Source: Octopus vulgaris (Eukaryota). Taken from it: DNA of 64,000 nt. The notes under the pieces were generated by a model. That model was not told where the DNA came from, searched no databases, and saw only the letters and a program-made list of their open reading frames with translations. The DNA is taken from the NCBI GenBank assembly GCA_951406725.2, contig OX597818.1:131812001-131876000 (forward strand). Reading direction: 5' to 3'. Positions 29,641 to 43,400 of the stretch are shown here, piece by piece. The position numbers were made by a program, and so were the translations under genes. The number at the start of each line of letters is the position of its first letter. The stretch's first letter is position 1.

Positions 29641-30615
29641 AAATAGTTATATAAAATCTATTGCCTCTGAAATGCCCACAAGGCTAGTAAAATTATTATT
29701 TTAATTGCCAACAGAATCTCCTTCAACATTATCTATGATCACAGTTGAATATATTTTGAAATACTACACAATGGCAAGAAATTTTTTCAAACCATTTGCC
29801 CTGCTATAGCAATTTTCTAATTGTACTCCTCATGGTTCTGCTTTTAAGGCAGTATTTCACTGCAGGATGCTTTCCCTGTTGTCAACCTTTTCAGTCATCT
29901 TGTATGACATACAGGGTTACAGTGTGCCTATTCTTATAATTTACAGTACCTGATTTGAGAAAACTGAATGTCCAATTGGTATCAAGGCCATCCAGCAAAA
30001 TTCTCAACTTTATAATTTCTAAAATCCCCTGGTATAATATCTTCCTTTTCATCATATTCTCCACAGTTGTGATCATACTACTGATTTCATTAAAAAAAGG
30101 TACATTCTTTTCATTGGTCAATCAGCATGATTATCAATAAAAGAGATGTGCTATATAAATTTTTCTCTGATTCATAAGTGGAAGGGAACTTGACTATCTT
30201 TTTCCAGCTTATTGCCAGAAACTGCTTCAAATTTTCACCACTACTAGTTAGCAACAACCAAGGGGCAAAGATATTAGATACTATGGTTCAAAAATATAGA
30301 TAATAGTATGACCAAATGTTCAAAAACTGCAAACAACCAGAGGCTTCAAAACAAAGTAAATAGTGGATATTAGACATATAACAACCTATCTGTGATTGAA
30401 ACAGACCCACTAAAACTATATATATTGCTTGATGGCTGAATATTTGCCTATTACATCACAGAGAACCTACCACTCATGTTACTCAATTAAGTACAACAAA
30501 TTGTCTCTATTATTTTAACTGTACTATTTTATCTGCACAAGATGATTCCTCACCCTTTCAGTTATTCTCCTAATACCAACTTATCAAAAACCAAAATTTT
30601 TCCCTTTCTCTTGAC

Positions 30616-31140
30616 ATCATCATCATCATCATCATCGTTTAACGTCCGCTGTCCATGCTAGCATGGGTTGGATGAATGACTGAGGGCTGGTGAACCAGAT
30701 GGCTGCATCAGGCTTCAATCTTGATCTGGCAGAGTTTCTACAGCTGGATGCTCTTCCTAACGCCAACCACTCCGAGAGTGTAATGGGTTCTTTTACGTGC
30801 CACCGGCATGGTGCCAGTCAGGCAGTACTGGCAATGACCTCACTCGAATCTTTTACACATGCCACCAGCACAGGTGCCAGTAAGGCGATGCTGGTAATGA
30901 TCACGCTCGAATGGTGTCTTTTACACGCCACCAGCATGGAGGCCAGATAGCTGCTCTGGCAATGATCATGCTCGGATGGTGCTCCGACTAGCACGGGGCT
31001 TGAGTGCCAGTAAGGCAACGCTAGTAACGATCATGCTCGAATGGTGCCTTTTAAGTGCCACTGGCATGGAAGCCAGTTAGCCGCTCTGTCAATGATCGCA
31101 CTCGTATGGTGCTCTTTGCACCCCGCTAGCACGGACGCCA
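30616..31140 (-). mobile_element. RTE-type LINE 3' end with diverged ~60-65-bp tandem array
   Basis: (cat)n followed by cgtttaacgtccgc...catgctagcatgggttgg...ctaacgccaaccactccgagagtg, then repeated tgccac...gcaatgatca...ctcgaatggtg units. Confidence 0.8.
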
Positions 31141-31800
31141 TGAATACTATTTTCTAAACCCATTTTTTAGTTTTCAGAATTGTACAATATTCTGAAACTA
31201 CTCCTAAATTAACAAACAGAGGAAAAATTTTGTCATGTAAAAGCTTTATCATCACACAATTATTATCTTACAAACTGATGGCACCACTGCTTGGCTGCCT
31301 GAGCCAATAAGGTAGCTGTTTCATGGTTGCTTGATTTAACGGATGGAAATAGCCAATAATTTCCAGCAAATCACATTCTACCAACTTGAAACAAGGACTA
31401 ACTGGATGCAGTGGTCCTAGACATAGGAGGGTTACAAGAGATATGCATTTGACTACAGGTCTGCTCGATCAAGATGGCTTTTGAGCTAAACACCAACCAC
31501 AACAACAAAACTACATTCTACTCAGTCATCAAAAAATATTTAAAAAGTGCAGCTCAAATTAGCATATGCTTATTTTTTTTTAATTTGTAGTAAGGGAAGT
31601 TCAAGTTGAAAGGAATGTCTTTAGAATAAAATAGTCTTAGATGGGTAAAGGTTTTAAAATCCATAACTAATTGGAATAAACTGTAATAAGTTGTTTTTAT
31701 ATTAAAAGTAAACCAATTTTATTTAAATATTACAATTTCTATTATGATATAAAGAAATGCAAGAGGATTTCATGAAGAAAACAAGTAACATCTGGTTTAA

Positions 31801-32020
31801 CCCTTTAGTATTCCAATTACTTTGTCAAATGTAATGTTTATTTATTCTCACTGTTTTAAATTAATCATGCATTATTTTGTACCTTTGAGATTTTGATGAT
31901 GTGATTGGTTATTTTTAGAATGACATGGTAGCATAGGTGTGGGAGGTCAGATCTGGCCTGTCTGAACATAAAACAGATAGAATATTGGAGCTAGATATGA
32001 CCAGTTTAAATGCTACAGGG
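31801..32020 (+). mobile_element. 220-bp TTAA-flanked (piggyBac-like) MITE
   Basis: TTAA|CCCTTTAGTATT ... AATGCTACAGGG|TTAA: imperfect 12-bp TIRs with TTAA on both sides. Confidence 0.85.
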
Positions 32021-32344
32021 TTAAAGTAGATAAGATGCAATGTAAACCAAAATTCTAAATAACAGACTTAAATGAGAAGAAAAGAAACCTGTAAGAAAAT
32101 AGGTTTGCCAGAAAATTGCATTGAAACATTTTTAGAATGACATGGTAGCATAGGTGTGGGAGGTCAGATCGGGCTTGTCTGAACATAAAACAGATAGAAT
32201 ATTGGGGCTAGATATGACCAGTTTAAATGCTATAGGGTTAAAGTAGATAAGATGCAATGTAAACCAAAATTCTAAATAACAGACTTAAATGAGAAGAAAA
32301 GAAACCTGTAAGAAAATAGGTTTGCCATAAAATTGCATTGAAAC
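31911..32344 (+). repeat. 217-bp tandem duplication (2 copies)
   Basis: atttttagaatgacatggtagcataggtgtggg starts at 31911 and again at 32128; the copies are near-identical. Confidence 0.95.
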
Positions 32345-34480
32345 ATTTTTACAGATTTTATACTTAGGAAATTTTAGCATTTCTTCCTTGTATGTGTGTT
32401 TGAGAAGAATATGTATCATCAGTGAGGCTATATGAACTAAGTCAGGAAATATTATATATTACGATCACAAGTACCTTTTTCATTGGAGTTAATGAATACT
32501 CAAAACAAATTACTGATTTACTTTATATAATTTGTTTATTTGACACTAGAGCAATGTTAACAGAAATTACATCTTTTCAAGTAAAATTTAATTTCACTAG
32601 GTAAAAGTTTAATTCTAAAAAAATTAATTATATTTTTATTTAAGAAATGATTATCTTTAGAAGGTGATGGGCTTTAAAAGATCGAGTAAATCAAAATAAA
32701 ACTAAACAGTTCTGTGTAATATAAAAGTAATTAAATCAGTTTATATCCTGGTAAACAAAATATAATTCACATTACAACAAATAGAAATACTACAGAATAT
32801 ATCCAACTGGTTCATGAAGAAATCTCTAATTTTCATTTAGCAATTAATGAATAATAGCATCACTGGATACAAGTAATCTACAGGCCAATCACTGGTCCAC
32901 TAGATTTCTAATAGTGAGAGTGGCAAGGGAGTGCTTGTAACATCAGAGCAGAACAAGTATCTAAAGGAGCCTTTTTTGTTTTTCTTACTAATGTTTGCAT
33001 TACTCACTGATATGCATTGACAATAGATACATGCACACACATACATACATGCACCTCCCCTCCATACACACACACTATGTGTGTTGAAATATGTTCAAAT
33101 TTTCAGATCAGTCAATTGAATATAAGTTAGTGCAAATTAACTTTTTTTTTCATTAGATTCTGTAATCGCATTGTGTTTTTTACTTTTATAGCCAACCATG
33201 ACACAATTTCCAATTCTAGATGAATAGATACAAAAGCTAATATCACTAAAATTCTGAACAGCCTAATCATATTCACATCCTTGATTGATTATACAAACTC
33301 TCAATATTTTATTCTCCTCTAAACCAGACATCTATTCATGTATACAACATTTTCCAATCACTGCACCATAGCCACATATCCTTCTATATCAATGTAATAG
33401 ACAAAAGTTAATCTTTTATGCATCACAAAGTCATTCCAGTCGATTCATTAAATATATACGGTTTTCTCGTAGAAACCAATGTCTTTCACTACGATATAAA
33501 ATATTTGAGAGGTAATTCTCCTCTTTTTCATTTTTTCTTCTCTTCAATAATCATGATGACTACTGAAGCAGAAGAAAGCTGTGTAAGCAAAACAAAGCTA
33601 TATTACCAAACTAAAGACCCCTAAAATTGCATATCAATACTTATTTGGCTTCTATGCGGAAAATATTAATAAATTCACAATTCTCACCAGCTATATCGGC
33701 AAAACCTTCAGTTATATAGAGCATGAGATCTGCCAGGTAAAGCTGGGTGTACACTACATCTAACGCTAAAAATTTGAGCTGAAAAACCCTTAGTAAATTA
33801 CGCTGCATCACAAAGTGAAATATCCAACTATTATTTTAGGTAGATCTCAGTATACAATTTTATCTTAAAACCTCTTCCATATTTTCATTGTACAACCTTT
33901 ACACATTCCCTACTAGCTACACGTGCTTCTGTGCAACTGACATTTCTCTAAATTTCTTGCATATTCTCCGCACACAGGATTCATCAAGGTAAAAACTTCA
34001 ATACTACTTATAAAGCTTAATCCCTAAGAATGCAAACAAAGTGAAATATATTGCAATACAAATTTTAAAGATTTGCCCCAGCAGCATGAAAATATGAGCA
34101 CTAAATATTTCATAGAAACAAAGTCCCATTGCCAACTCATTACACAGAAACAATATTCAGTCCATGCACATACTCATTATTAACTAGCTGGACCTGTGAA
34201 AAAATGTAAGCATCTGTAAATTGTGTGCTGGTGCCATGAGAAATGTTTGTATATTGTAACAGTTACAGAATATAGAAAGAAGTGTAGAACCAATAACTAT
34301 AAAATCCAACCAAAATATCTGTTACACAAACGTAAACAGAATTATTATTTAGCCTTAAAATACATCGTATATATTCAAAGAACCTTCTTGGTTTAGTGAT
34401 ACGGAATGTTCTTCTAGCATTCTTTTACTTGTTGCAGTCATTTGACTGCAGCTATGCAGGAGTAGCACACTTTAGTCGAA

Positions 34481-34528
<48 letters not shown>

Positions 34529-34936
34529 GCAAGTAAGAAATTTATCCTCATGTGGTAATGAAAAGTGAAAGTGGCATTCAATATTTGCCAGTAGTTATTT
34601 GTCTTTGATTTAACAATGTGTCTATTTATCTATGTATCAGCTTTTCTTTCAAACTATGTATCAGTCCACTCTGAAAATACTGATAAACATTCAAAAACAG
34701 AAAACAAATGCCACCTTCCTTTTAGCCACCACTCACTGTCTCTCTCTCTCACTTCCTCTCTATCCTCCTCTCTCCCGTTTTGCCACTCCGAGTAAACCTC
34801 CTCTGCTTAACACCTTTCATTTTATTTCTCTTCTCCTTTGTAAATCCCTCTTCAAACTTTTTACCTCTTCCTTTGAACTGTGACACACACCACAGAAAGT
34901 AAGCAAACTGAAAAAAAAGATAGCTTTTGATTTCCT

Positions 34937-36365
34937 ACCAGTGAAGAAATACAGGTATTTTTGCCATAAATATTATTATAGGTATAAGGAAGTTACCCAG
35001 AATTACAAATTACTGGAGTAACGATGAATCTTTCAGAGACCAATACATTTCCAATATTATGACAAGGACATGATTTGTAAAGTTAAAGCAATATTTACAA
35101 GTGAGAGACACTGGCAGTACATCAGTACATGGAGAACAAAACTTCAATCTCTTATTTAAAATAAGAGACCTCATTAACTGCATTTGGAATGCATATAAAA
35201 CATTTTACAACCCTGGTAGAGACATACTCGTCAATGAGGGCATGGTGGGGTATACAGGTAAGGTACATTTTCCACAATATATGTCAAGAAAACTCACAAA
35301 GTGGGGGATCTAAGTTTGGAAGATTTGCGAAGCAAATACAGTGTACTACTGTGGGTTTAGTTTTGCACAGGAAATGGACACAATATATATCAGTGTATGA
35401 TATGGTCTGGAATTTATCATTTCCATACCATAAGCAGGGTCATATATTAAGGCGGCGAGCTGGCAGAAACGTTAGCACGCTGGGCGAAATGCGTAGCTGT
35501 ATTTCATCTGTCGTTACGTTCAGAGTTCAAATTCCGCCGAGGTCGACTTTGCCTTTCATCCTTTCAGGGTCGATAAACTAAGTACCAGTTAAACACTGGG
35601 GTCACTGTAATCAACTTAATCCGTTTGTCTGTCATTGTTTGTCCCCTCGATGTTTATCCCCTTGTGGGTAATAAAGAAACACGTATATTATTTTTTGACT
35701 GAGTTTTTATTTTGGCCAGTGAATGTGACAACATATACGTTTGCAACAGTAATTGCTAGTAGAAAATAGTAGCAAAATAAAAAAAATGGTGAAATAATCC
35801 AATGATAGAAAGGAAATTTTCTAGTGATCGCATGCGGAGAAAAGAGGCAGATAAATTTTTTATCTGCCTGTGCACAACCACATGCAGATGAAAATGACAA
35901 CCCATTTGTGAACCTCAATTACATGGCACATGGCCGGTGTAGATCGGCTGAATCAAATGATGAGCTATTATCCGGTTGGTAAACCAGGTAATAAATGGTG
36001 GCCATACCTAGTTTGGTTTGATATATAAATATGAGTATTGTAAATGCATTTATATTATAAACCAAATCAGGAGGGGCTTGAAGGCATTACAACCAGCTGC
36101 AGTTCTGAGCAGATGTAGCAATGCAGTTGAGGGTAGGTTATTACCCAGCAAGAAATAACAGTAGGAAGGAAAACCAACTCCTGCCAAAGAGCTATACCTC
36201 TGAATTCAGCCAATCTTCACAAATTGGAAGAACTCGAGGGCTGCAAAAGTCAGTGCCATGAATGTCTACATGAATAAAGGAAAACTCCCAGTCGATGGCC
36301 AGTTGAAATTGTTTTCCAATGTGCATTCTGCAAGGTTGCATTATATAGAGTGGGATATTTTCCCT
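34937..36365 (+). pseudogene. Decayed piggyBac (PGBD4-like) transposase interrupted by a SINE
   Basis: Motifs occur in order: TSEEIQVFF...YWS, LFKIRDLI, VNEGMVGYTGK...QYMSRKLTKWGI, GHIL/FFD, HMAGVDRLNQMMSYY...KWW, and a C-terminal Cys-rich CHEC...VFQCAFCKVALY. Multiple stops and frameshifts; TIRs not located. Confidence 0.92.
35450..35681 (+). mobile_element. SINE family B (Deu/Nin-like domain) inserted into the piggyBac ORF
   Basis: ggcggcgagctggcagaaacgttagc...gagttcaaattcc...gcctttcatcctttcagggtcgataaa. Probable TSD catatatta / cgtatatta. Confidence 0.93.
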
Positions 36366-39300
36366 GACAGGAAATGTGTATGAATAGTGTATATATGTAT
36401 GATTTGATTTTATAAATATTTTTCAAATTTACTTTGTTTTTACTTTTTATTTACCTGCAATTTTAATTTGCTTGTAAGGTGAGTGACAAGTTTTGATTTA
36501 ATTTCTATTGTAAATCTTTATTACATATGCTTTTATGTATTCGTGTATGTGTGTGAGTTTATTTCATTTAATTGATGTATTTCATTTTCTAGTCTTCTTC
36601 AGAAACAAACTCCAATATTTCATTTTATTTTTCTTTTATGGTACACCTGTTCATATATGCATTAAATTCAACTGATAATCTAGTGACGTGCACAATTCTT
36701 CTATATTGAAATTTTATTGCATACCCAATTGAATATTAGCTAATGACTCATTTTATATGGTGATGTTTAAACAAAATTTTATATTTTGTTGAATTTACCT
36801 TAATTAGAGTCACTTTGAGACAACAGTTATGCAATAGAATTGATTAAGAACCTTTTCTTCAATTGTTCTCCAAAAATCACATTAATATGTCGATGAATAA
36901 AGTTACAGTTGTTTAATGAAATCAGTCTAAATTTGTGATTATTTTAGAGCTTAATTGAAACTCATAAGGAGTGTGCTTTAGTTAAAAATATAAGACTATA
37001 GCAACTGCCTGTAAACCACCAACTGGAATGCTGTCTAAACTTCTCTGGCACCCCATGTAACCCAGGTAACTTGAATTTATCCAATGCACATGCTTTTACA
37101 TCCATCCTTCATTGTTTATAGTGGGTCTCATGTGTTTGAATCATATACTAGATCATATACTCAGGCATATATCAGATAATATACAAGAATATAGTGAATT
37201 TTGAACTAGATGATGTACTGTGACATGTTGCAGATGATATACTGAAAAGTGTAGCAGATGACATGTTCATGTTCCAAGCCATGTACTAGATCATACACAG
37301 ACAAATATAGTTTTTGTTCCTACATCTCTTATAAACCCTTTTCTATCCATTTTTTCCTTGGTCATAATTTACATTAAACATAAACTACACTAACCTCATC
37401 TTAGCCTTGTCTTGCAATCTAACTTCACCTAAGACTAGTGAAGAAAATAAAACTGAAAGTGTTATGTTAAATTATCAAATATTTTCTTTATTCTTTAAGT
37501 CTACTAGCCTAAATTATTTAAGAAGTATATTAAATATTACGAATTAGCATCAGATTGCTCATTAATAAAGTTTAATGCAATTATGAGAAATATACCTCAC
37601 TCAATATATTTATTATAAATATTTGCACCAATTGCTAACTCACAATATCCATCATCCATACAAAAATTTATATCTAGCAATTTTATTTGCAAAACGAAGT
37701 TCTATTATGCTCATGTATTTTAACAGAATATTTTTGTGTTCATATAAAGCTTCCTAGAATAAACTTCCTGAAAATAAAATAAAAATCCAATTATTTAATC
37801 ATCTAAAAAAACATAGCATATTATTAGTTATACAAGATTTTATTATGTATATATATATATAATTTTCATAGTATATGGCAATTGGAAAAGTGTTAATTTA
37901 TACTTAGATTAGATATTTAGATTAGCAGAAAAGATTTTCAAAGCCAATTTAACTTACTAGAATGTTTCCGATTCAATTTTATTTTACAAATTCTGGTGCT
38001 ATGAGTAAGCAAAAGTGACCTACTAAAATATCATATTATCAAAAGAGGTAATGGGAAAAAAAGGAAAAGATATAAATATTGGTATTCAATTTTTATGAAT
38101 AAAGAATGACAAATTTTAAAACATTAAGAGTTAAGAGATAATTAGTATGTTCAAGAAATCCAAATGAAACATTTCTAATCAACAATTTTAATTTATTTAG
38201 ATTCATACATAAACTAAAAATATGAAAAGATTTAGAGCTTTAATACTGACCCTAAACTCTGATGAAGGCCATTTCCACCAACTAATTTCTGTTGTAGACA
38301 ATATCAAAATTAGAACTATTCAAAATATTTATATATTGCATATTCATATCTTAAATATATATGAATTATTGATTTAGATCTACAAATGTGTTTTCTTTAT
38401 GCATTTTCTGCATAGTATCATTTCTTTGTACTTTTTAGAAGTCTAGTGTATGTTTTAATTCTTTCTTTATTTTGGCTCAGCCCAGTAAGAATAGTAATAT
38501 TTTATGTATGAATTTGAATAAATCTAAATACTTAGTCATGGTGCTTTCATTTCTTGCAATTGTTTTTAAATTTCTGCACACAATTTTTTTTTTATCACAT
38601 TAGAATAAACTCCAGATATTAACAATAGAATTACTTCTATTTAATTTATGCATGAAATGCTATAGAAAAATCATTATTAGAAAATAGAAATCCCAAAACA
38701 ACTCAACCATGAATTCTAGTACAGAAATTTCCTAATACAGGATTTAATTTAAACAAAAGATAGTCATAAGAAAAGAGTGCTCAAGTGTTGTTAATACAAT
38801 AAGCAAGAAGGAATTCTAATGGATATCAGTATAATGATGCCTCAACAGATTCATAGATTTCTTAATAATTCCTTGTCAGATAATCATACTAGAATTTTTT
38901 TGTTTCTTATTGAAAAATGACTAATGATAGATTTTATACTTAAGACTAATGTAAAATATTGAATAGGGAGCCTTAGAAAATGTATCAATATATTCTGTCA
39001 CCAGAAGTATAATTTTGATACAAAGACGTGTGAGCAAGTTGCTTTTGAAAGATTTTTATTAACATGTAACTGCTTTATAGTTAATCATCCCCCGACATTG
39101 CTTGTGCTCTTGAGAAAAGCAAGTAGAACTCCTCAGTTAGTTTTTCATTAATTGCTTTTCATATATTTCCACCCCTTATTTATTAATACACATCAATATG
39201 TAATCAGCCTTACTCAACCAAACATTCTTTCATTCACATGATTAGTATAACTATGATATAGTAAAAATAACAAACTCTGTGAAACGGAGTTAATTTACTG

Positions 39301-39554
39301 AGCTTTTGATAGTTTCTGAACATATTCAAACGACCCCAAAATTCACTATAATTGCTATTTTCCTCCTTCTACCATCAGTACTCCATATTGTTAAACATCA
39401 AAATCCATAATTTTTGATGGGTTTCATCAAATCTTCAAACTCCTGATTCACACAACTTCGGATTCTTACAGTGTAAGTCCCTAATTTCGATGTGGCAGGT
39501 CTACTTCATCCAGTAACTATCAAGCCATCACTGAAAAACTGTATAAAATAAACA

Positions 39555-39935
39555 GTGGTAAGTAGCTTTCTAACCAACCACATGGTTCCGGGTTCAGTCC
39601 CACTGCGTGGCATCTTGGGCAAGTGTCTTCTGCTATAGCCCCGGGCCAACCAAAGCCTTGTGAGTGGATTTGGTAGACGGAAACTGAAAGAAGCCCGTCG
39701 TATATATGTATATATATATAAGTGTGTGTGTATATGTTTGTGTGTCTGTGTTTGTCCCCCTAGCATTGCTTGACAACCGATGCAGGTGTGTTTACGTCCC
39801 CATCACTTAGCAGTTCAGCAAAAGAGACCGATAGAATAAGTACTGGGCTTACAAAGAATAAGTTCCGGGGTCGATTTGCTCGACTAAAGGCGGTGCTCCA
39901 GCATGGCCACAGTCAAATGACTGAAACAAGTAAAA
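39555..39935 (+). mobile_element. SINE family A, slightly 5'-truncated
   Basis: Near-identical to 62846-63245. Confidence 0.95.
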
Positions 39936-41724
39936 TATTTTGATTCAAAGGGTTTTATAATTTCATGAAAAACTTTTCATGAAGAATCATAACAAAGTTA
40001 ACAAAAGTTAACGTTGCTTAATCCCCCACCCCCACACACATACACAAATAAACCTTCTCCTAGACTTACAACCATCCACACTTATGGCCACAACAAAATA
40101 GGAAATAAAATAAATAAAAAATTGATTTTCAGATGTTGGACAGCAGTACACATGATAACTTTGGCAGCATCTGGCAATGCAGGCCTCCCCAAGACCCAGG
40201 CATCCACTGCCTACTACTGTTTCTCCTTCAGTCACTTTCAAGCATCAGAACTGTTTGAATGAAAATAGTGCTTAAAAATATAAATCTAATGTACAACCAG
40301 ATTGACTTGCAACCTGTCAGTCAGAAGGGAACTCTGTCATAAGTCAAGGAGAAGGTGTATATAGACACCCCTTTATAGTGTTATGTGGTGTAGTTCTTTT
40401 TCCAGTAAAATGCTCATTAAACTATTGACTAAGGAGTCTTAAACATTTCTAACAATGCAAGATTCAGAAATAAGCAATGTATATAAATGCTCAAAAATTG
40501 TTTTCTTAATACTGGAAAAAAACTACATATACAATACAATAAATGGTCATTCTGTTATTATTTTTTGTTATTACTTAACTACAATAATTTGTTTCTTGTT
40601 GCCTAACTTTGGTACTTTGATAGTAACTTCAATTACTAATTCCACTAATTCATTTGAAATAATAGAGCCTAAATTTTGATAGGGATTTGTTCTCAATGAT
40701 GAATCTATCAACAACTAATACTTATGATGCAGTTATAACATCCTGAGTTAATGGTTACTTCAGTTAATGGATAGTTCAGCTGTTACAGTAACAGACAGAA
40801 AACTACATTTCAGTATACTAAACTCACAAGATAATAGCTAAGATCAAAAAATCATTTTCAACAAGACATGCTTTTTTTTACATTTTTCATAAATCACTGT
40901 TACCAAGCAAAATGTGTCCCAGAGAATTCACTCTCATCTACAAGTGTAAGTAATTTTGTCATAGAAAAAAAAACTCTCTTGAAGATCTAATGCAAGAATC
41001 ATATTCTTAGGAAATTTAAACCAGGATACGTCTATTAGAAATATATTTTTCTTTTAAAATCACCTGCTTTTTTTAACTTCATACTTTAAGGAACAAATCT
41101 TCTTTACTACCTTAATACATAACAATTGAAAACTAAAATCATTTTATTCAATTAAAAAAACAAGAAAGGCTGTCATTAAATTTTTATAGAAGCAATCAAG
41201 CCAATTAGTACAAAGGGTGGAAATGTAACCTGAAGGATTTAAGCTAGGTGATAAGAGTAATTATTCTTTGAATCAAAGTGTTAACCAATTAAAGCAAACA
41301 ATTTCAATGATTTTGTGTAATCAAATGAGAACCAAAAGCATTTAAGAATGAACTGCTTATTGATTCTCTGAGTAATTTGTATTTGACAGTCTGGTATTGT
41401 TGCAGAGCGAAAATTTATATATCTTCAGTTAATATTTACAACTCTAATGATAAAGTAGAATTTTGTATTTATTTTGTACAGCAATTACAAAGTGGAACTG
41501 TATTATAAAATAGCAAACCTCACCGGATCGTTCAAGGCTTTTTCAAAACAACATTAGAGACATATGAAATCATATCCCAGGCTCTGCATTGAATTTGTTT
41601 TTACAAATGACTAATATTTAGTAATGCTTATAACATCTCTGTTGCTATCAGTCTTGTAAATCTATTTTTTTCCAATGCCTATTGCTTAAACTGTAGCAGT
41701 GTATTGTGTTTTATATAGATTTGG

Positions 41725-42160
41725 CAGATGCAGACATGTCGGTGTGGTTAAGAAGATTACCTTGCAACCATGTGGTTTTGAGTTCAGTCTCAATGCATGG
41801 CACCTCAGCCACATGTTTTCTACTATAGCTATGGGCTGACCATGCCTTCTGAGAGAAGTTGGGTATCGAAACTGTGTTGAAGCCTTTAATGTTTGTGTGT
41901 GTGCGTGTGTATATAAACACACACACACGTGTGTGCATGTGTAAGTATGTCTGTGTTTGTCCCCTACCCATTGATTACTAACTGGTGATGGTTTGATTAC
42001 ATCCCAGTAACTTCGCAAATTGGTAAAAGATGCTGGTAAAATAAGTACCAGGCTTAAAAAGCAACAACATAAGTACTAGGGTCAATTTGTCCAACTAAAC
42101 TCTTCAAGATGGTGTCACAGCATGACTGAAACAAGTAAAAGGTAAAGGATAAAAGGAATA
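41725..42160 (+). mobile_element. Diverged SINE, family A
   Basis: gtgtggttaagaag...gagttcagtc...tactatagc...tgtgtttgtcccc...ataagtaccaggc...catgactgaaacaagtaaaag. Confidence 0.82.
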
Positions 42161-42544
42161 AATAATGGCTCCAGAGAGAAAATAAATATTAATTTTCTTG
42201 GTTCTCTTAAGAACTATATTCACAAGTTTTCTTGCCAGCTATCTTTGTCTTCTCTACTTACAATATAATGAGGAAGTTATATCATTAAAATAAGTCTAAT
42301 TACAATGAATCTTCCTCATTCCTTCATTAATAATTACCTATTTGTTTGTTAGGTCATGTAAAGGAAGGTTATTTCAAAAAATTACAAATATATAAAATTA
42401 TAATATTCTCAAAAAAAACTAATCGTAAAATAAAAGGAAATAAAGAATATTTATGAAAATGAAGATGTGTATGCAATGAGAGCATAATAATTATCAGGAG
42501 AAGCAGTGCAGTGAAGTGAGTAAAAAGAAAGAGTAAATTGTTGG

Positions 42545-42835
42545 ATCAAATTCCGTTGTCAGTGCCACCCTGACTGGCCTCCGTGCCAGTGGCACGTAAA
42601 ATACACCATCCGATTGTGGCCGTTGCCAGCCTCGTCTGGCACCTGTGCAGGTGGCACATAAAAAGCACCCACTACACTCACGGAGTGGTTGGTGTTAGGA
42701 AGGGCATCCAGCTGTAGAAACGCTGCCAGATCAGACTGGGACTGGTGCAGCCTTCTGGCTTCCCAAACCCCAGTTGAACCGTCCAACCCATGCTAGCATG
42801 GAAAGCGAGCATTAAACGATGATGATGATGATGAT
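42545..42835 (+). mobile_element. RTE-type LINE 3' end (about two array units) with (GAT)n tail
   Basis: ggtgttaggaagggcatccagctgtagaaa...aacccatgctagcatggaaagcgagcattaaacgatgatgatg. Confidence 0.82.
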
Positions 42836-42844
42836 TTACTTTTG

Positions 42845-43400
42845 AGTATCTCAAGTCTATATCAATAAGTGATGGGAAGCAGGAGGCTGAAATAAAACTT
42901 AGAATTGCAACAGGTACTGGTACAGTAATATACCAGCTGCAGCATTTGATCCTCAGCAGAAGAGAAGTTGACAAAAGAGCCAAACACACTAACTTTAAAT
43001 TGGTTTTCATGCCTATCCTCACCTACGATCATGAATGTTGAATAATGGCTGAGTCTAATTGCAAATACACACAGCCAAAACTGGGTTCCTCTCGAGGATC
43101 TCTGAAGCAACATTACTCAACAGGGGTATAGCTTTTGATATCAGGGTACCTGTCTATGGCAAAGCACTTCTCAACAATGAGAGGTTACAGACTGTGTACA
43201 ATAGACATGATTATATTGTCACAGGAAATAATCACAAGACAGATTCTTGAAACCAAGCAAACTGCAGGAGACAGACAGGTAGATCAAGAACAAGATGGTT
43301 GGAAAACTTTCATAGTCTCAGAAAGTGTATTGATGGTTGCTTTTCATAGAACTCTATTGAGAAGGTGACTGAAGACTACCTTCGTGACCCTTCCAAGTGG
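42845..43400 (+). mobile_element. Decayed RTE-1/Expander-like LINE ORF2 C-terminus
   Basis: Frameshifted peptides FKLVFMPILTYDHEC, AKTGFLSRI and GRSRTRWLE match the RTE pattern PILTYGxExW...EMxFLRRI...GRPRxRW. Confidence 0.75.

Noticed and set aside
33365-33410. Minus-strand SITLI peptide resembling the start of the next FUZ exon
   Set aside because: It is followed immediately by TAG and lacks an AG acceptor at the required position.
38255-38300. CTGATGA motif
   Set aside because: No stem II/GAAA/stem III arrangement follows it.
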